A stretch of DNA of 64,000 bases from a virus (taxonomy: Duplodnaviria; Caudoviricetes). Of this stretch, positions 49,461 to 58,349 are shown in pieces. Within the stretch, counting starts at the first letter, position 1. Each line of letters opens with the position of its first letter. The notes beneath the pieces were generated by a model, which saw only the letters and a program-made list of their open reading frames with translations, was not told where the DNA came from and did not search any database. A program made the position numbers and the translations under genes. The stretch lies in IMG/VR virus record IMGVR_UViG_3300031998_000031, positions 32,001 through 96,000 of that record; one strand, given 5' to 3'.

Positions 49461-49718
49461 ATGTTAGACAGAACGCAGCTCGATAGGATTCTTGAACTTT
49501 ACAACAAGTTTGACGCTAAGGCAGATAAGGCCTATGAGAGGTATGAAACGCATTTGAAGTATGGTAATGAAAAGAGCGCCAGAGCTCAGCAGAACATCCA
49601 CGACAAGAATATTGCGATTTTGGAAGGCATCCAACTCACAGCCGCTGCTCTCGGATACGACATTGTTTACCAGAGAGACATTCACGGCGAATACGTTTAC
49701 GTGATAGTGGAGAGATAG
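49461..49718 (+). CDS. hypothetical protein
   Basis: AGGAGG RBS before MLDRTQ. Confidence 0.7.
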   Translation: MLDRTQLDRILELYNKFDAKADKAYERYETHLKYGNEKSARAQQNIHDKNIAILEGIQLTAAALGYDIVYQRDIHGEYVYVIVER

Positions 49719-49780
49719 AAGGGCATATAGACTTATATCTCTCAAGCTCGGAACAGATTTCGTAAAGAAGGAGGTTTAGT

Positions 49781-50245
49781 ATGTATCTCACCACAAGAAG
49801 ACAGATTGCTATGGCAATGAACTTCGGGAAGTATCCCGTTCTTTATATAGACCGTGAAGACCATCACGGATTCGAAGATTCAGACTTCGCAAAGGGATGC
49901 GATGTCAGGATGAAGCTGGGAGATGGCAGATTCCATAATGGCTACCTCATATTCTCAGAAGGCAAGTACATGATTCAGAGCGAAATGATTTGTCTTGATG
50001 GTTCGTTCGGCAGATACAGTGTTATGGAGATGTACAAGAACGCTAACGCCCCATTAGTTTGGCGTGATACCCCTGTAATCATAGTAGAGGACTATCCGAA
50101 GCGTGAAGAGTGTGCTGTAAGGGTTATGTACCTCCCAGACAAGAAGTTCGACATCTTCTGTCAGACCGCAGCAGTGTTGGTCCCGATTGAGGATAATCCT
50201 CTCGAAGAAGGACTGCTCCGCAAGTACCTGTCCTCAGTAGCGTAG
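49781..50245 (+). CDS. hypothetical protein
   Basis: AGGAGG RBS. Confidence 0.7.
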   Translation: MYLTTRRQIAMAMNFGKYPVLYIDREDHHGFEDSDFAKGCDVRMKLGDGRFHNGYLIFSEGKYMIQSEMICLDGSFGRYSVMEMYKNANAPLVWRDTPVIIVEDYPKREECAVRVMYLPDKKFDIFCQTAAVLVPIEDNPLEEGLLRKYLSSVA

Positions 50246-50274
50246 CCGTAACGTAAACTGGAGGTTCGAAAACG

Positions 50275-50619
50275 ATGACTTACAATGAATTGATTGAGAG
50301 ATGCAGAAAGATTGCGAGCACGGTCATGAAGGGCTGTGTGAGCGATTTCACAGACTGTGACTGCCCGCGTCTTGCGTCGACCGCAGAACGATATTACAAA
50401 AAAGTAAAAGACTCGGAGCGTGCATCCTTCGTTTGGCTGGTGCGCGACATGGGCACTTGGCTTTTAGACATGGATTTGAGGGAGAATGCTCCGGTGGATA
50501 TTGAATGGTATCGCAGCGTTTACTCGAATCAGACGGTAAGGCGGGAATACATCATCACGTTCAACTGCGGCGACTGGACCATTAAACAGAATCGTAAGCC
50601 GATGTTTTTAAAAGGGTAA
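50275..50619 (+). CDS. hypothetical protein
   Basis: GGAGG RBS. Confidence 0.7.
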   Translation: MTYNELIERCRKIASTVMKGCVSDFTDCDCPRLASTAERYYKKVKDSERASFVWLVRDMGTWLLDMDLRENAPVDIEWYRSVYSNQTVRREYIITFNCGDWTIKQNRKPMFLKG

Positions 50620-50636
50620 GACTGTAGGAGGCACTG

Positions 50637-50936
50637 ATGGTACTCACAAAAGAAAAAGCTCAAGCAATCGTTGATAAAGCGGGTGGCATGAGAGATTCCA
50701 TCATCTCTATGCTCAGGAAGTCTGGATATGAGCCGGAGGTCTATTACCTGAATGAAGATGACAGTCCAAGGCATTGGAATGTGAGGGTTGCCAATCAAGA
50801 TGGTAGCCATGTTAGGATTTATCGGAACTTCCGGGGTGAGATTCTGGTACAGATTTGGAATCCTATGAAGGTTGAGTGGTCAGGAATCCCAACATTCATG
50901 CCGAGCGGAAAAGGTACGCTGCGAGAGTGGTTTTAA
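50637..50936 (+). CDS. hypothetical protein
   Basis: AGGAGG RBS. Confidence 0.7.
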   Translation: MVLTKEKAQAIVDKAGGMRDSIISMLRKSGYEPEVYYLNEDDSPRHWNVRVANQDGSHVRIYRNFRGEILVQIWNPMKVEWSGIPTFMPSGKGTLREWF

Positions 50937-50946
50937 GGAGGAAACT

Positions 50947-51141
50947 ATGATAGCGCCGAGATTTGTAAAGGAATTCTATGGATACAACAAGAAGAGGCTG
51001 CTGATGCTTTGCGTTCCGTCGACGGAGAGGGACGAGGCAATCTCTAAGGCCGAAAAGTATCTGGGCTTTTGTGAACGGGGCATGATATCCCCGAATGAGG
51101 CTGTGCAGGCGATTGGTGAGTGCTTTCGGGTCTTCCTGTGA
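50947..51141 (+). CDS. hypothetical protein
   Basis: AGGAGG RBS before MIAPRF. Confidence 0.65.
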   Translation: MIAPRFVKEFYGYNKKRLLMLCVPSTERDEAISKAEKYLGFCERGMISPNEAVQAIGECFRVFL

Positions 51142-51165
51142 TAGAATAAATGATTGAACTATACC

Positions 51166-51203
51166 AAAACGCTTGACAAAATATCATGAATATGCTATAT
51201 TAT
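51166..51203 (+). promoter_or_regulatory. early promoter P4
   Basis: AAAACGC-TTGACA-17nt-(TG n)TATATT-AT. Confidence 0.8.
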
Positions 51204-51250
51204 GTGTAGGGGGAATGCCCCGGTGAGATTTGGGTTTTGGGAGGAATCAA

Positions 51251-51463
51251 GTGTTCGTAATCATGAAGCAGCGGCGATATTGGGAGGGAGGCAAACAGAT
51301 GTTCCGAAAGGTTCCGCAATATTATGTAGCTCATGATGGCGAAGCGATATTCAGCGAAGACATCAACGATGCTTGTCCATTCAAATCGAAGGCGGTTGCG
51401 GAGGTCTTCCTGATGGACAATGAATTGGAAAGAGGACACTGCGTCAAGGAGGTTCAAAAATGA
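51251..51463 (+). CDS. hypothetical protein
   Basis: GGAGG RBS before GTG. Confidence 0.6.
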   Translation: MFVIMKQRRYWEGGKQMFRKVPQYYVAHDGEAIFSEDINDACPFKSKAVAEVFLMDNELERGHCVKEVQK

Positions 51464-51900
51464 TGATGACAAACGAGGAATATAAAGAACGCAGGGACGA
51501 GATTTATGGAAACCCCAGCCTTGGATTTTGCGAGGTGCAGGACGCGCTGGACGCGCTTAGAGTTGAGTGGCTCAATTCGATGGAGGTTGGGGATAAAGCT
51601 CATATCCAACACTATTCGGACGTTACGCCCTGCACCATTATCAAGAAGACGAAGACCACGTTTACGGTCCGCTGCGATAAGGCGGTCAAGACAGACAAGT
51701 GGGGTCCCAAGTGGGTCGTCGGCGGATTCTCTGCGCATTGCAAGAATAATGAAGACCAAGACGATTGGTGGGAGTGCATCGATGACCCGAACGGGCATAC
51801 GGAGGTGTTCAGATGGTCGCGAGTCTACAACGCTTTCAGGAACACAGACGGTGAGAAGCTTTATCCCGGTTGGAGATACTACCATGATTACAACTTCTAA
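51460..51900 (+). CDS. conserved phage hypothetical protein
   Basis: YSDVTPCTII; GGFSAHC; YYHDYNF end. Confidence 0.7.
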   Translation: MMMTNEEYKERRDEIYGNPSLGFCEVQDALDALRVEWLNSMEVGDKAHIQHYSDVTPCTIIKKTKTTFTVRCDKAVKTDKWGPKWVVGGFSAHCKNNEDQDDWWECIDDPNGHTEVFRWSRVYNAFRNTDGEKLYPGWRYYHDYNF

Positions 51901-51913
51901 TGGGGGTGAGAAA

Positions 51914-52090
51914 ATGACATATCAGGATTTTATGAAACGGTACGAGGGCAATTTGTTAAACGTCAGTATATTCGACAGTGAATCAAGAAAGCCGGTAACG
52001 GCAACGACACTCGCGGACTTGGAAGCTGTATTAAAGGCCCCTGTAGCATCAATTGAAGATAATAACGTATACATCGTTTTAGAGAGATGA
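51914..52090 (+). CDS. hypothetical protein
   Basis: GGGGGTG RBS before MTYQDF. Confidence 0.55.
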   Translation: MTYQDFMKRYEGNLLNVSIFDSESRKPVTATTLADLEAVLKAPVASIEDNNVYIVLER

Positions 52091-52130
52091 GGGGGCGGAC
52101 GATGAATACGAATATTTGGGAGAGTAAGCG

Positions 52131-52478
52131 ATGAAGTTCTTGGAATATGGCGAGCTTACGATATGCCTTGGCATTGACAGATATAAACACAGTGACAATA
52201 TTGGCATTGTTGTCTACATCGTTAAATATGAGCTCAGGCCCCTTAAACGCATTGAAGACGTGACGATGACGGTGGATTTCAACGACGAGAAACTTGAGGA
52301 TGGATATGCGTATGTTGATACATACAGATGCCCGTTTGCTTGTGATTTGATTGAAAGGTTCGAACTGGGTATTCCAACCGGCGAGACGAAAAAGCGCGGG
52401 GGAGAGGTTTTCCCTAAATATAAATTCGATATTGAAAAACTGAAAATGTATACACCGGCGAGCCGGAATTTTTTATAG
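52131..52478 (+). CDS. DUF4313-like hypothetical protein
   Basis: AYVDT...LG.PTG....G...FPKYKFD. Confidence 0.55.
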   Translation: MKFLEYGELTICLGIDRYKHSDNIGIVVYIVKYELRPLKRIEDVTMTVDFNDEKLEDGYAYVDTYRCPFACDLIERFELGIPTGETKKRGGEVFPKYKFDIEKLKMYTPASRNFL

Positions 52479-52540
52479 ATATATGCTGCCGAAAATATAT
52501 ATAATATATAATATAGGCATAATGAGTAAGGAGGAACCGA

Positions 52541-52759
52541 ATGCACGAGATTGGAGAGAAGGTAGTAATGAGGGCTGAGACCGTCGGCAAGATATTGCCC
52601 GGAACCGTAGTGTACGTACACCCGCGGAAGTTCTTCTACACGGTTCAGTTTATATCACACATGGGCAATAAGTTCTGTGAGTCTTTCCCGATAGTTAAAC
52701 AGCAAAGGCCGGTCGGCCTGCCTGAATACAGGGAAGCTTACAGGAATAAATATTCTTAG
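52541..52759 (+). CDS. hypothetical protein
   Basis: GTVVYVHP..FYTVQF. Confidence 0.7.
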   Translation: MHEIGEKVVMRAETVGKILPGTVVYVHPRKFFYTVQFISHMGNKFCESFPIVKQQRPVGLPEYREAYRNKYS

Positions 52760-52767
52760 GAGGTATC

Positions 52768-53178
52768 ATGAAGATAAGAATCAATACCCACGGCAATACG
52801 CTGCCGGAAAAGCACGGTGACTGGATTGACCTTGCCACAGCAGAGCCAATGTGGCTCAAGAAAGGCGATTACGCGATGATATCGCTGGGCGTCTCGATAG
52901 AACTTCCGAAAGACTGCTACGCCATGGTGGTCCCAAGGTCGAGCACCTTTGGCAAGTGGAAGCTATTGCAGGCTAATTCCGTAGGAGTCATCGATAATGC
53001 ATATTCTGGAGACGGCGACATCTGGCACTTCCCATGCATAGCATTTGAGGACACATATATCCCCAAGGGCACGAGGGTTTGCCAGTTCTGCATAATGAAG
53101 TGTCAGGAAGATGTGGAATTCGAACAGGTCGATAGGCTCGGTAATGAGGACCGTGGCGGATTCGGAAGCACAGGCTAA
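52768..53178 (+). CDS. dut: dUTPase (trimeric)
   Basis: WIDL, PRSST, GVIDNAYSG, RVCQF, RGGFGSTG motifs. Confidence 0.95.
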   Translation: MKIRINTHGNTLPEKHGDWIDLATAEPMWLKKGDYAMISLGVSIELPKDCYAMVVPRSSTFGKWKLLQANSVGVIDNAYSGDGDIWHFPCIAFEDTYIPKGTRVCQFCIMKCQEDVEFEQVDRLGNEDRGGFGSTG

Positions 53179-53189
53179 GGGGGATAGCT

Positions 53190-53549
53190 ATGGACGAAAG
53201 TAATATTGAGAGATATCTCAAAGAGATGGAGGAAGACGCAGCTCAGATAAAGGTGCTGTGCGACAAGATTAGAGTTAATGCTGAGCTGGTCAAAAACCAT
53301 ATGCAGAATAAGGACTCTGTGTCAACAGACTCGCTGAAGGTGATAGCGAGGTATCCGCTTGAGGGCAATAGCGATGTATTGGTCCACAAGATAGATAACT
53401 ATACGGGCAGCGTGTTGGCAAGCATGACTGGGATTAAGGCAGAGTGGTGCCCGTTCACATGGCGGAGGACTTTGGGCAAGGATTCTTCCGTTGCAGGATT
53501 CTGTTTTGCAAAAATGTTTATTCCGCTTGAGGATTTGGTGAAAGAATGA
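53190..53549 (+). CDS. hypothetical protein
   Basis: ORF in operon. Confidence 0.65.
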   Translation: MDESNIERYLKEMEEDAAQIKVLCDKIRVNAELVKNHMQNKDSVSTDSLKVIARYPLEGNSDVLVHKIDNYTGSVLASMTGIKAEWCPFTWRRTLGKDSSVAGFCFAKMFIPLEDLVKE

Positions 53550-53704
53550 TGCCATCTCCATGTCTAAATTGCGAAGAACGAAAACTGGGGTGTCATTCAG
53601 TTTGTGAGCGATACAAAGAGTATGTAAAGAATGCCGCATCTATCGTAGAGGCGAGACGAAAATTTAAAGGGCAGAATGTAATAAGGAGGGTTAGGAAAAG
53701 GTGA
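53546..53704 (+). CDS. small Cys-rich protein (52 aa; not in ORF track)
   Basis: PCLNCEERKLGCHSVCERY; ATGA/GTGA overlaps. Confidence 0.6.
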   Translation: MMPSPCLNCEERKLGCHSVCERYKEYVKNAASIVEARRKFKGQNVIRRVRKR

Positions 53705-54294
53705 ACATAAAAGCATCTCATAGCAAAGAAGGTATTGGCACTCTTAGAAGCAACGCCGCCAGCTTCATTCGAAAACGCAGGCTACAGCTTGGATTATCTC
53801 AGAAGCTCTTTGCAGAACGGTGTGGTGTATCTCAGCCTGCTGTCTGTCGCTGGGAAACCGAATTGTCGAACATGTCGTTTGATACGGTTTCAAAAATCGC
53901 TGCGAATCTGGAATCGGAGGCCGTGCTGCTGTTCGTGCCCAAGGAGGTTGTTGATGAGAATAAGAACATATTCAATCTAATCGAGTGCATGGTCGAGAAT
54001 CCTGATTTACCAGTCGTAACGGCGATGACTAAAGGGCAGTGTGGTGACCCGTTTGCGGAAGGACATTTTGGTGAATGCAAAGTGACCAGAAGCGTCTCTG
54101 GCGAGCAGGCCATCTACATGTACGATAACAGCAATCCGGCGTTGATGCAGGATACGTTGGATGCCGTGTCTGACGAAGAATACAGCGATATTTATACTGC
54201 CTCATTGGACGAGCTCGCAAGCAGATACAACAAGCTTCCTTGGAAGGATTGCATCTACGTCGAGGTCTTCTGTAACGAAACTACCGACATCTAA
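53701..54294 (+). CDS. XRE-family HTH protein fused to a hypothetical domain
   Basis: RRLQLGLSQKLFAERCGVSQPAVCRWE. Confidence 0.8.
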   Translation: MNIKASHSKEGIGTLRSNAASFIRKRRLQLGLSQKLFAERCGVSQPAVCRWETELSNMSFDTVSKIAANLESEAVLLFVPKEVVDENKNIFNLIECMVENPDLPVVTAMTKGQCGDPFAEGHFGECKVTRSVSGEQAIYMYDNSNPALMQDTLDAVSDEEYSDIYTASLDELASRYNKLPWKDCIYVEVFCNETTDI

Positions 54295-54312
54295 TTGCGG
54301 AGGTGAAGACCT

Positions 54313-54606
54313 ATGCCTAAGATGATAATCGTAGACGACAGATTCGAAAAGATGCTGCTTCGCTCGCTGCGCATAAGCGTGTCTGAGATGGCTACGGATG
54401 GAATAGTCTACATCGCAAGGATAATCTACAAGCTCTCAGACGCCTGTCTATGCGAGATTTTGATGTACATGGATATTGTTACCCAAACAAAGAAAAAAGA
54501 CCCGCAAATAGGGCGCTGCGACTTCAAAGAGGCATGTGAGGCTTTGAGGAGTGGATGCCATGACGAACTGATTCTTCGTAACGCAGCGGACGCGAAAAAT
54601 ATTTAG
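54313..54606 (+). CDS. hypothetical protein
   Basis: GGAGG RBS. Confidence 0.65.
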   Translation: MPKMIIVDDRFEKMLLRSLRISVSEMATDGIVYIARIIYKLSDACLCEILMYMDIVTQTKKKDPQIGRCDFKEACEALRSGCHDELILRNAADAKNI

Positions 54607-54619
54607 GCGCGGGGGCAAC

Positions 54620-55351
54620 ATGATGGATGATATGAAGAAGTGTGCGAACTGCCAGTATCACGAGTTCGAAGACATTACTAAGGGCTGGATTTGCGTCAAT
54701 CAATCAAGTTCGCACTGCGCCGATTGGACTGAAGATTCTCAATCATGCCCATACTGGGAGCAGCGAAAACCGCCGAAGACTTGCGGTGATTGTCGCTATA
54801 ACGACGTCGAGAATGACTTCCGGTGCCAGCTGATGGCACAGTTTAGAGATGATTGTTACATAGACTTGGCTGTGCTGGATAACGTAAGGGATTCTGAATG
54901 TCCGATACTATGGAAGCGGGATAACTATAACGATGCCATATTTAATGGCGTTTGCCCTTGCTGCGGAAGCAAGCTTGTATTGAAAGATAGCTTTGTGTGT
55001 ACATCTTGCGGGCAGGCTTTCAAAAATCCTTTTCGCCGTGTGATAGCAATCGATTTTGACGGGTGCCTTTGCGAAAATGATTGGCCTGATGTCGGGGACC
55101 CGCACTGGTCGGTCATACATGATGCGCTGGAGGCTAAGGCTTCGGGCGCGAAGCTGATATTGTGGACATGTAGAGATGGCGAAGACCTTAAGGTGGCCAT
55201 TGAGGCCTGCAAGTCGTGGGGGCTTGAGTTTGATGCGGTCAACGACAATTTGCCTGAGCTAAAGAAACTTTGGGAGAATAATCCTCGAAAAATCGCAGCC
55301 AAAGAGTATTGGGACGATAGGGCGGTATTGAAAAATGGGAAGCAAGAGTAA
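54620..55351 (+). CDS. Cys-rich N-terminus fused to a HAD-superfamily domain
   Basis: IAIDFDG, LILWTCR, RKIAAKEYWDDRA. Confidence 0.7.
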   Translation: MMDDMKKCANCQYHEFEDITKGWICVNQSSSHCADWTEDSQSCPYWEQRKPPKTCGDCRYNDVENDFRCQLMAQFRDDCYIDLAVLDNVRDSECPILWKRDNYNDAIFNGVCPCCGSKLVLKDSFVCTSCGQAFKNPFRRVIAIDFDGCLCENDWPDVGDPHWSVIHDALEAKASGAKLILWTCRDGEDLKVAIEACKSWGLEFDAVNDNLPELKKLWENNPRKIAAKEYWDDRAVLKNGKQE

Positions 55352-55595
55352 GAAAAAGCCTCAGGTATTGACAAGGGCTAAAGAGGAGGCCATAAAGCAT
55401 GATGCGATAAGTCACATTATGATTGTCTTCGTCGCAACGTGCGTCGAGGAGTTCGGCTGGCAGGATGCCGATATAAAGCTTTTTGTTGAGCGTTTTAAGA
55501 GGTATTCAAATGCCGTCGATGAAAAGCTGATAACGCTAAGGCATGTTCAAGAGCTGGTGAATGAGGAAGCGGGAACAGACCTGCATTTTTACTGA
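55335..55595 (+). CDS. hypothetical protein
   Basis: ORF overlapping the previous stop. Confidence 0.65.
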   Translation: MGSKSKKKPQVLTRAKEEAIKHDAISHIMIVFVATCVEEFGWQDADIKLFVERFKRYSNAVDEKLITLRHVQELVNEEAGTDLHFY

Positions 55596-55608
55596 AAAAT
55601 CTAAACCT

Positions 55609-55645
55609 AAACACTTGACATTATACTAATGTAATGTTATATTAT
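55609..55645 (+). promoter_or_regulatory. early promoter P5 (upstream of the RNA island)
   Basis: AAACAC-TTGACA-17nt-(TG n)TATATT-AT. Confidence 0.8.
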
Positions 55646-55687
55646 TTATGTAAATGGTTACATGGGAAGAGCAATGAGGAGAATGGG

Positions 55688-56092
55688 ATGACAAAGTACG
55701 TAACGCGACTCGGACGGTTTATCGATGATTTGAGAGATGCAATCTATCGAAAGGGCGTGCCGAGCTATGTGGACATCAACTTAAGGTTTTATATTCTTAA
55801 GGACGCGGACGGAAGACCGTATTACGAGGTCACAAAAGACCTTGGGAGCGAATACGGGCTAAGGACCGTTGACTGTGGATTCAACACAGGCACATGCCTG
55901 CTTGTCGGAGATAAGATAGGCGGGAACGAGTGCAAGAGCGTCGAGTTCTTCGCGGGTGAACATCCTGATGTATCGCACGGCAAGATGCTTATCCTTGTTT
56001 CGGACATTGCTGACGAAGAGCTTGTTGGAGACGAATCCATAATCATGGTCGAGTCAGAAGAAGCAGATTGGTACGAAAAACTAATGGGATAA
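55688..56092 (+). CDS. hypothetical protein
   Basis: GAGGAG RBS before MTKYVT. Confidence 0.65.
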   Translation: MTKYVTRLGRFIDDLRDAIYRKGVPSYVDINLRFYILKDADGRPYYEVTKDLGSEYGLRTVDCGFNTGTCLLVGDKIGGNECKSVEFFAGEHPDVSHGKMLILVSDIADEELVGDESIIMVESEEADWYEKLMG

Positions 56093-56230
56093 TTGGGGCG
56101 CTATAAGTGCCTTGGTTATAAGGGGACGCTTGCCGAGGCGTGGACGAAGTCGGACGAATACCACATATTACTCCTAAAATATAAATGCATAAGCTAACAT
56201 GTCCATGTTGGAAACGACATCCCCTTTTAT

Positions 56231-56305
56231 AGCGGTTTAGCCAAGCGGCAAGGCAACCGGCTTTGGTCCGGTCATTCGTTGGTTCGAATCCAACAACCGC
56301 CGCCA
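56231..56305 (+). tRNA. tRNA-Gln (TTG)
   Basis: Cloverleaf; ACCGG-CTTTGGT-CCGGT; TTCGAAT; 1-72 mismatch; CCA. Confidence 0.9.
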
Positions 56306-56461
56306 CGTCGCATTATCGACGATAGACATATTGTTGTCAGGTAGACGGCTCTACCTTCTTGCCGTAAAGCCTTTGAAAATAAGGCTGCGAAAGGGTTCAA
56401 CTCCCAATCGTGTTATGGACGGAAACGGCAGTCCTTTCTGAAGATGAAGGAAGATTTGAAA

Positions 56462-57688
56462 ATGAGTGAGATGATAATTGAGGGAAGATTTAATACAGCT
56501 AAAGTCTTTACGGACGTGATAGACGACGAAAGCATCCGGCAGATTAAGGAGCTTTTGAATCAGGAATTCTTTTCTGACTCAAAGATAAGGCTGATGCCGG
56601 ACGTTCACGCCGGTGCAGGGTGTACGATAGGGACCACTATGACCATAAAGGATAAGATAGTGGCTAACTTGGTGGGTGTGGACATATCGTGCGGAATGCG
56701 AGTAGCGAAGCTGAAAGAGACACATTTAGAGCTTCAGCAGCTCGATAAGGTCATCCATGAGAATGTCCCGTCGGGATTCTGCAAAAGGGGCAGCGTCCAT
56801 CGGTTTGCAGATATGGTCGACCTATCAAAGCTCCGCTGCGCTGATAAGGTCAACATAGATAATGCTCGTGTCAGCCTTGGTACCCTTGGCGGAGGGAATC
56901 ACTTCATTGAGGCGAATAGGGCTGATGATGGGAGTCTATACATCGTTATACATTCAGGAAGCAGGCACCTTGGTCTTGAGGTCGCGAACTGGTATCAGGA
57001 AGAAGCATTTAGACAGCTAAGCGGGGGCGAAAAACGCAATCTTAAAGAGATGCGAGATGAGGTCATTGCAAAGCTGAGGGCTGAGGGCCGCGAGAAGGAA
57101 ATCGGAGCAGCTCTCAAAGCTCTGCCCGCGAGCGGCAAATCTGATATTCCTAAGGACTTGGCCTATTGCAGCGGCAATCTGTTTGATGACTACATCCACG
57201 ACATGATAATCATTCAGCAGTTTGCGGACTTGAATCGCAGGGCCATGATGGATGAGATAGTAAGGGGCATGCACCTGCACGTAGAGGACGAGTTCACGAC
57301 CGTCCATAACTACATCGACACTGATGCGATGATACTGAGAAAAGGCGCAGTCTCTGCAAAGGATGGGGAAGTGTTGATAATCCCGATAAATATGAGGGAC
57401 GGAAGCCTCATCTGCTGTGGCAAGGGTAATCCTGACTGGAATTATTCAGCGCCTCATGGTGCCGGGAGACTTATGAGCCGCAAAAAGGCGAAGGAGTCTT
57501 TGACTGTTTCGCAGTTTAAAAAGGAGATGGAGGGTATATACAGTACATCTATCAATCATAGTACGTTAGACGAAGCTCCGATGGCATATAAATCAATTGA
57601 TGACATCGTGAGTAACATTGGAGACACGGTAGACGTCCTTGGAGTAATTAAGCCGATATATAATTTCAAGGCCGGTGAAGATTACTAA
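56462..57688 (+). CDS. rtcB: RtcB RNA 2',3'-cyclic-phosphate/5'-OH ligase
   Basis: MPDVHAG, VGVDISCGM, GTLGGGNHFIE, HSGSR, HNY, RKGA, SAPHGAGR, DEAPMAYK. Confidence 0.95.
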   Translation: MSEMIIEGRFNTAKVFTDVIDDESIRQIKELLNQEFFSDSKIRLMPDVHAGAGCTIGTTMTIKDKIVANLVGVDISCGMRVAKLKETHLELQQLDKVIHENVPSGFCKRGSVHRFADMVDLSKLRCADKVNIDNARVSLGTLGGGNHFIEANRADDGSLYIVIHSGSRHLGLEVANWYQEEAFRQLSGGEKRNLKEMRDEVIAKLRAEGREKEIGAALKALPASGKSDIPKDLAYCSGNLFDDYIHDMIIIQQFADLNRRAMMDEIVRGMHLHVEDEFTTVHNYIDTDAMILRKGAVSAKDGEVLIIPINMRDGSLICCGKGNPDWNYSAPHGAGRLMSRKKAKESLTVSQFKKEMEGIYSTSINHSTLDEAPMAYKSIDDIVSNIGDTVDVLGVIKPIYNFKAGEDY

Positions 57689-57702
57689 GGTGGCTATACT
57701 GT

Positions 57703-57777
57703 GGGCGTGTAGCTCAGCGGTAGAGCACCCGGCTCATAACCGGTTGGTCGCGGGTTCGAATCCCGAAGCGCCCACCA
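57703..57777 (+). tRNA. tRNA (CAT), probably Ile2 (lysidine) rather than Met
   Basis: CCGG-CTCATAA-CCGG anticodon arm of Ile2 type; CCA; mismatches at 7-66 and 49-65. Confidence 0.8.
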
Positions 57778-57876
57778 AGTAAGTGAGACTTAAATGCTGT
57801 AAATGATGATGCGGGGCGTCCGCGCCAGCCGCGTCTATGGGTGACGATGCTAACCGGAAGTACAGCAGCCCAGAAT

Positions 57877-57977
57877 ACTGCGGTGGCGGAATAGGTAGAC
57901 GAAGGTAAGATGGTCGCTCCATCGCTGGGCGCATATTCCTGTATGCGCCATGTGAGGTGCAAATCCTCACCCGCAGT
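57877..57977 (+). ncRNA. tRNA-like scaffold RNA A
   Basis: ACTGCGG/CCGCAGT stem, GCGGAATAGGTAGACG D-arm, GTGAGG-TGCAAAT-CCTCAC; 49-nt insert; no CCA. Confidence 0.7.
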
Positions 57978-57981
57978 TTAT

Positions 57982-58058
57982 GCTTCGGTAGCGCAACAGG
58001 CAGAGGCAACCGCCTCAAAAGCGGAAGAGTGCTGGTTCAAGTCCAGCACCCTGCGCCA
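57982..58058 (+). pseudogene. chimeric tRNA-Leu (CAA) with non-pairing acceptor
   Basis: 5' part identical to the 58273 copy; 3' part (...ACCCTGC-GCCA) is foreign. Confidence 0.65.
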
Positions 58059-58062
58059 ACAT

Positions 58063-58146
58063 GGGAGAGTGCGCTTAATTGGTGATAGCAGCGGGCTGTA
58101 AACCCGTGACGTAGAAACGCTGGAGGTTCGAGTCCTGCTTGCATTA
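58063..58146 (+). pseudogene. tRNA-Tyr (GTA) with foreign 3' end
   Basis: GCGGG-CTGTAAA-CCCGT and variable arm present; 3' TTGCATT cannot pair with 5' GGGAGAG; no CCA. Confidence 0.65.
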
Positions 58147-58157
58147 CTTAGTAAATA

Positions 58158-58268
58158 ACTGCGGTGACGGAATAGGTAGACGTAGGAGTAAGGGTAACCG
58201 AGGGATGATAAAACCCTGTATACACAAACGATAGACCCTCATACAAGGTGCAAATCCTTGTCCGCAGT
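58158..58268 (+). ncRNA. tRNA-like scaffold RNA B
   Basis: ACTGCGG/CCGCAGT, ACGGAATAGGTAGACGT, ACAAGG-TGCAAAT-CCTTGT; 59-nt insert. Confidence 0.7.
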
Positions 58269-58272
58269 TCAT

Positions 58273-58349
58273 GCTTCGGTAGCGCAACAGGCAGAGGCAA
58301 CCGCCTCAAAAGCGGAAGAGTGTGGGTTCGAATCCCACCCGAAGCACCA
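58273..58349 (+). tRNA. tRNA-Leu (CAA) lacking the long variable arm
   Basis: GCTTCGG/CCGAAGC, CCGC-CTCAAAA-GCGG, discriminator A, CCA. Confidence 0.8.

Noticed and set aside
58273-58349. Opal suppressor/Sec tRNA (TCA) and genetic-code reassignment
   Set aside because: Stem register CCGC-CTCAAAA-GCGG puts CAA at 34-36; TGA, TAG and TAA all terminate genes normally in this window
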